This document shows, in pieces, positions 52,685 to 62,247 of a stretch of DNA of 64,000 nt (positions are counted from its first letter, which is position 1; each line of letters begins with the position of its first letter). The notes beneath the pieces are model-generated. The model worked only from the letters and a program-made list of their open reading frames with translations. It did not search any database and was not told the DNA's origin. Where the stretch lies: contig CAVZMW010000006.1 of NCBI GenBank assembly GCA_963776495.1, positions 265,119-329,118 of the forward strand. The letters run 5' to 3'. The translations under genes were made by a program, and so were the position numbers. Source of the stretch: an uncultured Acidobacteriota bacterium. Lineage in GTDB: Bacteria; Acidobacteriota; Vicinamibacteria; Vicinamibacterales; Fen-181.

Positions 52685-54680
52685 ATGTCCAGGCGCAGCA
52701 CGATCCCGCTCGCCATCCTCGTCTCCCTCATCGCCTCGTTGACGGCGGCCGACCGGCCGGTGCCCAAACGGGGAAGCCGCATCTACGTCGTCGCCGTTCG
52801 CGATGCGGGCCTGCTGACGTTGTGTCCTGTATTCGGCAGCCAGGTCAAGACCATCCAAGCCACCGTTGCTGCCAGAGGAGCCGACGGCCGCTATGAAGCG
52901 ATCGGTGTTCGAGACGGCAACGCCGACGACATCAAGATCCGTGTCGACTATCGATCAACGCCGCGACCGTGGGGCACGGAATATCAGACGATCACTTTCT
53001 TGTCTGGCGGTGGAGTGGTGGAACTCCCGCTGCCGCCCCCACTCAACAGAGATACCAGCGCGAGGAAGACCGACGGACCCCAGGAACTCGATCGCCTGGC
53101 GCCAGACCCCGAGATGAAGGCCCGCATCGAGCAGGAGTTGCCGCGGAAGGGCTATTCCGTTGCCAGCTCGCCGGAGCACGCGGACTTCATCTTCGTCGTG
53201 GAGAGCTACTACATGCCCCTGTCGATCGGCGTGGCCCTGGTTCCGCCGCCGCCACCGACGACGAGTTCGGCGCGCGACCCAGGCAAGAACTCCACGGAAC
53301 GCATCTGGCAGGATGCCGAGAATGAGCTCCGGAACCGAAGAGACCACGTTGGCACGCTGCCGCAAGTGTCGGTGCCTGGGCCCCAGTTCGCGACGCTTCC
53401 GGTCTATGTGGGCGACCGCGTAGCCAACTGGCGAGACGCAGCCCTCGCCATCGTCGTGCCGCGCACAGTCAACCGGGCGCAAGCCCGCAACATCACGGGC
53501 CTGGTCGCGGCGTCGGTCTGGAATGGCTTCTCTGGCACTCGTCACCTGAACGGGTCGCAGGCGGTGACATGGGTGCCAGCGTCAGCCAAAGATCTCGTGG
53601 ACGACCTCGCCGCGAAAAGAGGGTCGCCGAAGTACCTGCCGGTTTGTCCTGCGACGCAAGACCCTCTGGCAGAGCCCTTCGTTGAATTGCCAACGGCTGA
53701 CCGGGAGGCACCGCTACCCGAGGCTCCGGCCACCCCAGGCAGGGACAGCCCGCCGGCCATGTTCCGGACCAACGTGACCGCCGTCGTCGTGCCATTCACC
53801 GCCGAAGATCCCGGCAATCGCCCGATCCTCGACGTGAAGCCGACCGAATGTCACGTATTCGAGGACGGCGTCGAACAGCGGATCGGCGGACTGACGGACG
53901 TTGCAGCTCCTGCGAGCGTGGCGCTGCTGGTCGATACCTCCCGGAGCATGGGATGGCAGAATGCGACACTGCGAGCGATTCCGATTGCAGCGGTTGCCGG
54001 GCTGCGCAGCCAGGACCAGGTCATGGTCGCGTCCTTCGACGACCGCATCCGCATCCAGGCTGAGTTTCAGGCGGCCCCCGCTGGAATCGCGCACGCGCTA
54101 TCGACCGCGCAGGCGCTCTCGAGCGCGCAGGCGGGGTGGGGCACGCGTCTGTACGACGCGCTGCACCTCCTGATCGCGGATCGGTTGCGGCGGGTAGAAG
54201 GGCGCAAAGCCATCGTGCTGATCACCGATGGTGTTGACACTGGCAGCCGTCTGTCAGATCCGGCTGCGGGATTGGACGCCGTCGATGCGTCGAATGTGGC
54301 CGTGTACGTCCTTCGGTGCCCGCCGAGGAATGATCGGATCCTGGTCGGAACCGCGCAGTACCCGGAACTTCCAGAGATTCGTGATCATGGCGGATGACAG
54401 GCAGACGAACGTTCAGGGAGACGATCCGGTCGGGACGTATCTTCAGCGCCTGGCGGACGGGAGCGGGGGTCGGCTGTACCGCCTCGAAGAGACAGCCAAC
54501 CTGAAGGAACTGTTCGAGAAGATTAGTAGCGAGCTGTCACACCAGTACACGCTGTACTACTATCCGTCCGACGCCAGGAAAGATCGGACCTATCACCACA
54601 TCACGGTGTCGATCGACCGCCCGGGCTCCGTTGTACATGCCAGAAAGGGGTATCTCGCGGCAGACGATCTGGCCAGGTAG
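52685..54680 (+). pseudogene. Secreted acidobacterial-type VWA-domain protein, frameshifted near 54310-54390
   Basis: Signal peptide; FEDGVEQ, LVDTSRSM, TRLYDAL, RKAIVLITDGVD in ORF 52625-54397; the expected tail LQRLADGSGGR...ELSHQYTLYYYP...ARKGY is in another frame (ORF ending 54680). Confidence 0.75.
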
Positions 54681-54706
54681 GCGCGACCGGCCAGCTCGCG
54701 AGCTCT

Positions 54707-55723
54707 CTAGATAGCTACACAGCGAGATCGCAAGATCGCAAGATCGCGAGATCCGAAGATCGCTGAGATCCCTTCCCCCTCGGCGTACTGTGTCTGGCGC
54801 GCCCCGGTCTGGCTCACGTGGCTGCCTGCCGGCACGCTGTGCGTCAGCCAGACGTTCCCGCCGATGACCGACCCCTTGCCGATCGTGATCCGCCCGAGCA
54901 CCGTCGCGCCGCTGTAGATGATCACGTCGTCGTCCACGATCGGGTGGCGCGGGACGCCCTTGACCGGATGGCCCTGCTCGTCGAGCGGGAAGCTGCGCGC
55001 GCCGAGCGTGACGCCCTGGTACAGGCGGACGTGACGGCCGATCTCCGCCGTCTCGCCGATCACCGTGCCCGTGCCGTGGTCGATGAAGAAGCTCTCGCCG
55101 ATCCGCGCGCCGGGGTGGATGTCGATGCCGGTCAGGCTGTGGGCGTGCTCGGTGATCATGCGCGGGAGCAGCGGCACCTCGAGCACGTAGAGTTCGTGCG
55201 CCAGGCGCTGGTAGGTCAGCGCGAGGAGCCCGGGATAGCAGAGGATCGTCTCCGCCGGGCTCGTCGCGGCCGGGTCGCCCTCGTAAGCCGCGCGCACGTC
55301 GGTGGCCAGCAGGCGCTTGACGTCGGGAAGCCGCGACAGGAACTGCGCGCTGGCCGATCGGGCCTTCTCCTCGCAGGACGTGCAGCGCGCCGGGTCGCGC
55401 TCCGCGCAGGTGAAGCACTCCGCCCGGCGCACCTGGTCCTCGAGCGTGGCCAGGGCGCGGTCGAGCGTGGCGCCGGCACGGAACGCCATCGTCTCGGCGG
55501 TGGCGACGGCGCGGCCGCCGAAGTAGCCGGGGAACAGCACCGACCGCAGTTCGTCGATGACCCACGCGAGCGCCTCGCGCGAGGGCAGCTCGGAGTAGGC
55601 GACGTTCCGCTCCGGCCGGGTCAGTTCCTCGTCGTGCGTGCACAACTGCTGGACGACCGACGAGAGCGAGGCGGCCGACGCGCGGTCCGCCGCCCCGTCC
55701 TGGTGGGCGGGACGCGGGCTCAT
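54707..55723 (-). CDS. cysE: Serine O-acetyltransferase (long EpsC type)
   Basis: [48 protein letters not shown]; ATGA overlap with cysK. Confidence 0.93.
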   Translation of the reverse strand: MSPRPAHQDGAADRASAASLSSVVQQLCTHDEELTRPERNVAYSELPSREALAWVIDELRSVLFPGYFGGRAVATAETMAFRAGATLDRALATLEDQVRRAECFTCAERDPARCTSCEEKARSASAQFLSRLPDVKRLLATDVRAAYEGDPAATSPAETILCYPGLLALTYQRLAHELYVLEVPLLPRMITEHAHSLTGIDIHPGARIGESFFIDHGTGTVIGETAEIGRHVRLYQGVTLGARSFPLDEQGHPVKGVPRHPIVDDDVIIYSGATVLGRITIGKGSVIGGNVWLTHSVPAGSHVSQTGARQTQYAEGEGISAIFGSRDLAILRSRCVAI

Positions 55724-56652
55724 GCCTGCTCCTCGTAGAGCCACGTGCTCAGGTAGCGTTCGCCCGTGTCCGGCAGGATGGTCACGATCAGCTTGCCGCG
55801 CGACTCCTCCCGGGCGGCCACCTTCACCGCCGCCTCCATGGCCGCGCCGCAGGAGATCCCGGAGATGATCCCCTCCTCCTTGCCGAGCCGCCGCGCCATG
55901 GCGCCGGCGGCCTCGTTGGAAACGGTGACGACTTCGTCGACGAGGTCCATCCGGAGCACGTCGGGGACGAACCCGGCGCCAAGCCCCTGGATCTTGTGCG
56001 GTCCGGGCGCGCCGCCGGAGAGCACGGCCGACGCGGCCGGCTCGACGGCGACGGCGCGGAACGACGGTTTCCTCGGCTTGATGACCTCGGCGACGCCGGT
56101 GATCGTGCCGCCGGTGCCGACGCCGGAGACGAGGATGTCCACTTTGCCGTCGGTGTCGCTCCAAATCTCCTCCGCCGTCGTCCGCCGGTGGACGTCCGGG
56201 TTGGCCGGGTTGGCGAACTGCTGGAGGATCACGTGCCGCGAATCGGAGGCGGCCAGGTCCTGCGCGCGCTGGATGGCGCCGGGCATGCCCTCGCTGCCCG
56301 GCGTCAGGATCAGTTCGGCGCCGAACGCCTTGAGCATCTTGCGCCGTTCGATGCTCGCCGAGTCCGGCATCAACAGGACGATGCGGTAACCGCGGACCGC
56401 GGCGACGAAGGCCAGTCCGATGCCGGTGTTCCCGCTGGTCGGCTCGACCAGGATCGTGTCGGGCTTGATGCGGCCTTCGCGCTCGGCCGCCTCGATCATC
56501 GAGAGGCCGATACGGTCCTTGACGCTGGAGCAGGGATTGAAGCTTTCGAGCTTGGCGACGATGCGGCCGGGCAGGCCGGCGCCGATCCGGTTGATCGAGA
56601 CGAGCGGCGTGTGACCGACGAGCGCGGTGATGTCGGAGGCGATCTTGGACAT
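55720..56652 (-). CDS. cysK: Cysteine synthase A
   Basis: [54 protein letters not shown]. Confidence 0.96.
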   Translation of the reverse strand: MSKIASDITALVGHTPLVSINRIGAGLPGRIVAKLESFNPCSSVKDRIGLSMIEAAEREGRIKPDTILVEPTSGNTGIGLAFVAAVRGYRIVLLMPDSASIERRKMLKAFGAELILTPGSEGMPGAIQRAQDLAASDSRHVILQQFANPANPDVHRRTTAEEIWSDTDGKVDILVSGVGTGGTITGVAEVIKPRKPSFRAVAVEPAASAVLSGGAPGPHKIQGLGAGFVPDVLRMDLVDEVVTVSNEAAGAMARRLGKEEGIISGISCGAAMEAAVKVAAREESRGKLIVTILPDTGERYLSTWLYEEQA

Positions 56653-56848
56653 GTGGGGGCGGTCCTTTCTTCGAGACGTTCTGATGCCCGGGGCCTCGCT
56701 ATTCTCCACCTGGGGACCCTAGAATCGAGCATAGCAGCCGGGCTGGCACGAGGGAAGCTCTGCCGTGGACGGTCCGGCACAGGACCGTCGGCGGTAAAAT
56801 CAATAGTCGGGGTGGAGACGACTGGTTGACGACCACCAGGGGGCGCCC

Positions 56849-57781
<933 letters not shown>

Positions 57782-57821
57782 CGGACTGGCCCGCGAATCG
57801 TGCGATCCCGCAAAGTACCAG

Positions 57822-58003
57822 AGTACGAAGTAAGAAGTACGAAGTACGAAGTTACGAGTCTGGCGGGGCCGGTCGCGCTGGTACGCGTGAAATGGCCGTC
57901 AGCCGTCGGCCAACGTCATACTTCGAACCTCGTACTTCGAACCTCGTACTTCGCACGATCGCACGATCGCACGATCGCACGATCGCACGATCGCACGATC
58001 GCA
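57822..58003. repeat. Heptamer arrays: GTACGAA ... TTCGTAC inverted arms plus a GCACGAT run
   Basis: gtacgaa gtaagaa gtacgaa gtacgaa ... cttcgaa cctcgta cttcgaa cctcgta, then about seven gcacgat(c) units; related arrays at 40585-40700 and 54722-54770. Confidence 0.88.
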
Positions 58004-58014
58004 AGGTACCAAGA

Positions 58015-61000
58015 TCACCTGATGATTCCGATCGCTTTCGCGGCGACGACGATCCCGCCGGCGATGGGCGCGGCGACGGTGCCGCCGTCTTCCCCGTGTT
58101 CCACGAGCACCGCGAGCGCCACGCGCGCAGGCGCGACCGTCGCCTGGCCTTCTTCCAGCCGCGGCGACGCGTCGTAGGGCGCGAAGCCGACGAACCACGC
58201 GTGGGCCGGCGCGTCCTGGACCTCGGCGGCGCCCGCCATTCCGGCAATCGCGGGCACGAGCGCCCCGACGCTGCGCCCGGTTCCCTCGACCACCGCCCGC
58301 CGCATCACGCCCGCCAGGAAGCGGGCCTGGTCCGGCCTCAGCACCGCGCGCGGCGCGCCGGTCCGACGGTTGTTCTCGTCGAGGACCCATCGCCCCTGCG
58401 GCATCGCCCCGCCTGAAGCCAGCGTGGCGGCCACCCGCGCCATCTTGAACGGCGTCGCGAGCACCTGTCCCAGGCCGCAGGCCTCGAACGGCAGGACGGC
58501 GCGGACCGTCTCGTCCGACTCGGGCTGGCTCAGGGAGATCTCGAACAGGGCGGCCGTCTCCTCGAGCGCGGGCGCGCCGAGGCGCAGCCCGAGCTGCGCG
58601 AAATAGGCGTTGCACGAGACGATCAGCCCCTTCCGCAGATCGACGCGGCCGTGGGGAAGCCGATCGGCAGGATCGTCGCGGACCGGCATCGACCAGCCGG
58701 GCAGGCGCTTGCCGACGCGATGATCCGGCAGCCGCTCGCACGTGAACGTCTGCCGGCCGAGGGCAGGGTCTTTCCTCAGCGCGGCCGCGGCCGTGACGAG
58801 CCCGAAGGTCGATCCGGGCGGATACACGCCGTACCGCGCCCGGTCGAGCAGGCCGACGTCCGTGTCGTCCACCGTCGTGTCGCCACCCGGCCTGCCGGCC
58901 GAGCGCGTCGGGATGACCGGCCACGGGTAGCTCACCGACGCCAGCAGGTCGCCGTCCGCCGACAGCACCACGGCCGCGCCCTCATGCCGGCCGGCCCGAT
59001 CGACGCCCGCCTTCAGCAGGGCCGCCACCTGGTGCTGGAGCCGGATGTCGATCGCCAGCCGCACGTCGCGCGGCCGATCGAGGATCCGCCGGACCGCCGG
59101 GTTGTCCGGATCGCGCCGCTGGCGCAGGAGCGGCACCAGTTCGCGGAGGTCGCGCCGGATGACCTTCGACGTCAGGCCGGTCTCGGGGTCGGCGATCTCG
59201 ATGACGCGGGCGTGGTCGTCGTAGCCGCGAAGACGGGCGTCGAGATCCCGCTCGATGAACGAGGTGTTCCCGGCCGCCCAGTTGACCTGGCTGCGCCAGT
59301 CGCCCAGCAGGTGGTAGGTGAGGCCGCCGAACGGGTAGCACCGCGCGCCGCCCTGCGGGCAGGCCTCGGCGGGCGACACGCCCAGTTCCTCGAACGCCTT
59401 CGCGTGCGTCCGCAGGTCGGCCGGCCGGCTCGTGGCGAGCGGGACGCCGCGCCGATCGGTGATCGTGCCTCGCACGATCTGCTGCGCCACCGCCAGGAGC
59501 CTCGGGTTGTACTCGAAGCGCCGCACGCCGTCGGCCTGCAGGGCCAGCGCGGTCGCGGCCACGAAGCGATCGGCCCCGACCGTCTGCACCCACACGATCC
59601 GCCCGACGACGACGACCAGGCCGGCGGCGAGCGCGACGCGCAGCCAGCCCGTCTGGCGGGCGAATTCCTGGCGTGTCTTTCCCGCGCCCGCCCGGCGGCC
59701 GATGGCCAGCAGCACGCCGAAGGCGAAGAAGTTGGCGAGCATCGAGGAGCGGCCGTAGCTGAGGAACGGCGTCGTCACTCCGGTGAGCGGCATCAGGTCG
59801 AGCAGGCCGGCCGAGATGAGCAGCAACTGCGCGAAGATGCCGACGGTCAACCCGAGGGCGAGGAAGAAGGTCGCGTCTCCCGGCGCGCGGCGCGCGATCC
59901 GGAACGCGCGGTAGGCCAGGGCGAGGTAGAGCGCGAACACCGCGAGCAGGCCGACGAGCCCCGTTTCCTCGCCGAGGGCGGACAGGATGAGGTCGGTGTG
60001 CCCGGCCGGGATCAGGCGCGGGTCGCCCAGGCCGAGGCCCGTCCCGGTGACGGCCCCCGTGCTGAGCGCCCACAGCGCGTGCGCGATCTGGTCGCCCCCG
60101 CGCACGCCGTTGTCCCACGGCGACCACCACATCTGCACCCGCTGCGCCACCGTGTGCGGGTAGCCGGCCAGGAATCCGCCCGCGAAGCCGACCACCAGCG
60201 CGAGCAGGCCCGCGGCCGCCGCCGTCGCCCTGCCCCTGGCCACGATGTAGAGCCCAAGGAACACGCACGCCAGGACCATCGCCGGCCCCAGGTCCTTCTG
60301 CAGGAAGAAGAACAGGAGCACGAGCCCCATGCCGACGGCGACGGGCAGCAGCACGAGACGGCGCTGGTCCCGCAGCGCGCGCCACCGGTGCGCGAAGTGC
60401 CCGGCGAGGAAGAGCATGACGAGCACGCGGATCGCCTCGACCGGCTGCGCGCCCATCAGGTTCACCTTGGCGTCGCTCGTCCCCGGCCCGCTCCCGAAGG
60501 CGATCAGCAGCAGCGACAGGCCGACGGCGCCGGCCAGCGGCAGGTAGCCCAGGCGCGGGGCGAGCCAGCGCTCGAAGTCGAGCGAGGCGGCCGCGGCCAG
60601 CGCGAGGCACCCCGCCGCGACGCCCTGCGCGAAGCGGACGAAGAGCATCGGGTCGCGCACCGGGTCCCTCAGGCTCACCATCATCACGAAGCCGACGCCG
60701 CACAGGGCGTGAACGAGCGGCAGCAGGTCCGGGTCGCCCGTCGAGCGGCGGAGCCGCAACCACGCGTGCGCGGCGTAGAAGGGAAGCAGGAAGAGGACGG
60801 TGGACCAGAGCAGGCTCAGGCGGAACGCCGACGGGGTGCGAACCACGAGCGCGCGGCGCAGGGCAGCGAGCTGCGACGTGGTCAGCAGCGGGATCGGGAT
60901 GTCGGTCTGGCCGGGGCTGGCGGACAGCTGATCGCGCCGCTCGGCGAACCGCTCCCTGAACGCCGGCAGGCGCTGCCTCGCCGGCAGGTCGCCTTCGGTG

Positions 61001-61323
61001 ATCGCGATCGAGCCGAGTGAGCCGACGCCGGACACGGTGCGGCGCCTGCCGCCGGGTTTCTCCAGCAAGCCGGCCCATGCGGCAAGGCGGCCGGCCACGA
61101 ACCGGCGCTCGTCGGCATCGGGCACCGCCGGGTCGAGCAGGGGCAGCAGCGGTTCGGGCCGATCGAGCCGGCTGACGTTCACCACCTGGCCCGACGAGAG
61201 CGCCCGTTCCGTCTCGCGGAGCGCCTCCCCGCGCGCCCCCCAGACGAGCCAGAGGCCGGCGAGCGTGACGAGCGACGCGGCGGCGAGCCCGACGAGCTCG
61301 GAGCGGCGTGCGCTTTCCGTCAT
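58015..61323 (-). CDS. FtsW/RodA/SpoVE (SEDS) domain fused to a PBP transpeptidase-like domain with degenerate active site
   Basis: QPVEAIR, QKDLG, GTGLGLG, IPAGHTDLI...EETG, PLTGVTTPFLSYG.SS; TP domain YPPGSTFG, SCN, AGMAG, HAWFVGFAP. Confidence 0.9.
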   Translation of the reverse strand: MTESARRSELVGLAAASLVTLAGLWLVWGARGEALRETERALSSGQVVNVSRLDRPEPLLPLLDPAVPDADERRFVAGRLAAWAGLLEKPGGRRRTVSGVGSLGSIAITEGDLPARQRLPAFRERFAERRDQLSASPGQTDIPIPLLTTSQLAALRRALVVRTPSAFRLSLLWSTVLFLLPFYAAHAWLRLRRSTGDPDLLPLVHALCGVGFVMMVSLRDPVRDPMLFVRFAQGVAAGCLALAAAASLDFERWLAPRLGYLPLAGAVGLSLLLIAFGSGPGTSDAKVNLMGAQPVEAIRVLVMLFLAGHFAHRWRALRDQRRLVLLPVAVGMGLVLLFFFLQKDLGPAMVLACVFLGLYIVARGRATAAAAGLLALVVGFAGGFLAGYPHTVAQRVQMWWSPWDNGVRGGDQIAHALWALSTGAVTGTGLGLGDPRLIPAGHTDLILSALGEETGLVGLLAVFALYLALAYRAFRIARRAPGDATFFLALGLTVGIFAQLLLISAGLLDLMPLTGVTTPFLSYGRSSMLANFFAFGVLLAIGRRAGAGKTRQEFARQTGWLRVALAAGLVVVVGRIVWVQTVGADRFVAATALALQADGVRRFEYNPRLLAVAQQIVRGTITDRRGVPLATSRPADLRTHAKAFEELGVSPAEACPQGGARCYPFGGLTYHLLGDWRSQVNWAAGNTSFIERDLDARLRGYDDHARVIEIADPETGLTSKVIRRDLRELVPLLRQRRDPDNPAVRRILDRPRDVRLAIDIRLQHQVAALLKAGVDRAGRHEGAAVVLSADGDLLASVSYPWPVIPTRSAGRPGGDTTVDDTDVGLLDRARYGVYPPGSTFGLVTAAAALRKDPALGRQTFTCERLPDHRVGKRLPGWSMPVRDDPADRLPHGRVDLRKGLIVSCNAYFAQLGLRLGAPALEETAALFEISLSQPESDETVRAVLPFEACGLGQVLATPFKMARVAATLASGGAMPQGRWVLDENNRRTGAPRAVLRPDQARFLAGVMRRAVVEGTGRSVGALVPAIAGMAGAAEVQDAPAHAWFVGFAPYDASPRLEEGQATVAPARVALAVLVEHGEDGGTVAAPIAGGIVVAAKAIGIIR

Positions 61324-61353
61324 GGGCGAAATTCTCCCGTGGGCTCCTCGGGG

Positions 61354-62079
61354 CTAGACACCGGCCACGCGGATGGCGAGCCAGATACCGAGCGCGAACA
61401 CGACCATCCACCTGAACAGGCCGACGAGCGTCAGCCGCGTCATGGCGTCGGCGAACTCGTGAAAGAAGGCGAGCGGCACCACGACGAACGCACCGACTTC
61501 GCCGCCGCGCAGCCAGGCCGGCACCGACCGCCACTCGCAGTTGCCGGCCAGCACGCCGGACGCGCTCGTCCGGGCCATGAGGGCCAGCACGAGCGACCAC
61601 CCGGCGTAGACGCCGAGGGCGGCGACGACGATGCGCAGCCACCACGTGCGAACGCCCCCGGGGCCCGAGAAGCGAAGAGTGGCCAGGGCCGTCAGCGCCA
61701 GCAGGATCCCGGTCAGCGCGACGTCGGTCGGCTGGCCGAGCAGCACCGGGCCGTGCGCGATGTCGCCGCGCGAACCGGTCGCCGCGACGAACAGGCCGAT
61801 CAGCACGATGTAGGGGGCCGCCGGGTCAGTCAGCCACCCGCGCCCGCCGATCCGGCCGCCCTGCGACAGCACCCACAGCGTCAGGGCGACGAACGCCGCG
61901 ACGGCGGTCACGACGATCAGGGTCATCGGCGAACCGCTTCGCCAGGTCTCGTAGGCCGCGTCGATGATCAGCGCGTCGCCGGCGAGGCGGATGAGGATGA
62001 CCCCCAGGCGGGCCGCCAGCCGGGCGGCCGAACGGCTGGCCGGGGCGGCCACGGGAACGTCGGGAAGGGACTCGCTCAT
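61354..62079 (-). CDS. Hypothetical multi-pass membrane protein
   Basis: 241 aa with about seven hydrophobic segments; 30 bp upstream of the SEDS-PBP gene on the same strand. Confidence 0.7.
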   Translation of the reverse strand: MSESLPDVPVAAPASRSAARLAARLGVILIRLAGDALIIDAAYETWRSGSPMTLIVVTAVAAFVALTLWVLSQGGRIGGRGWLTDPAAPYIVLIGLFVAATGSRGDIAHGPVLLGQPTDVALTGILLALTALATLRFSGPGGVRTWWLRIVVAALGVYAGWSLVLALMARTSASGVLAGNCEWRSVPAWLRGGEVGAFVVVPLAFFHEFADAMTRLTLVGLFRWMVVFALGIWLAIRVAGV

Positions 62080-62144
62080 GTTCGTCGTCCGATCTTACTC
62101 GGAACGGCCCCGCGCGGGCAGCGCCTGGTCTGACATGACCGTTC

Positions 62145-62168
62145 GTAGGCCGGGTCTTTGGACCCGGC
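62145..62168. repeat. GTAG REP-like palindrome
   Basis: gtag-gccgggtc-tttg-gacccggc. Confidence 0.7.
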
Positions 62169-62247
62169 TTCCGGCGCCGCCCCTGAAGAGGCGGCCTGCA
62201 TTCGGTCCGAACCCCGCTTGATCTGCCGCCGACCGTGCAGTAGCGTG

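Noticed and set aside
58200-58812. DGR-like adenine mutagenesis explaining the PBP active-site changes
   Set aside because: The presumed changes involve A positions, but no template repeat or reverse transcriptase is in the window, and drift in a GC-rich genome explains it equally well.
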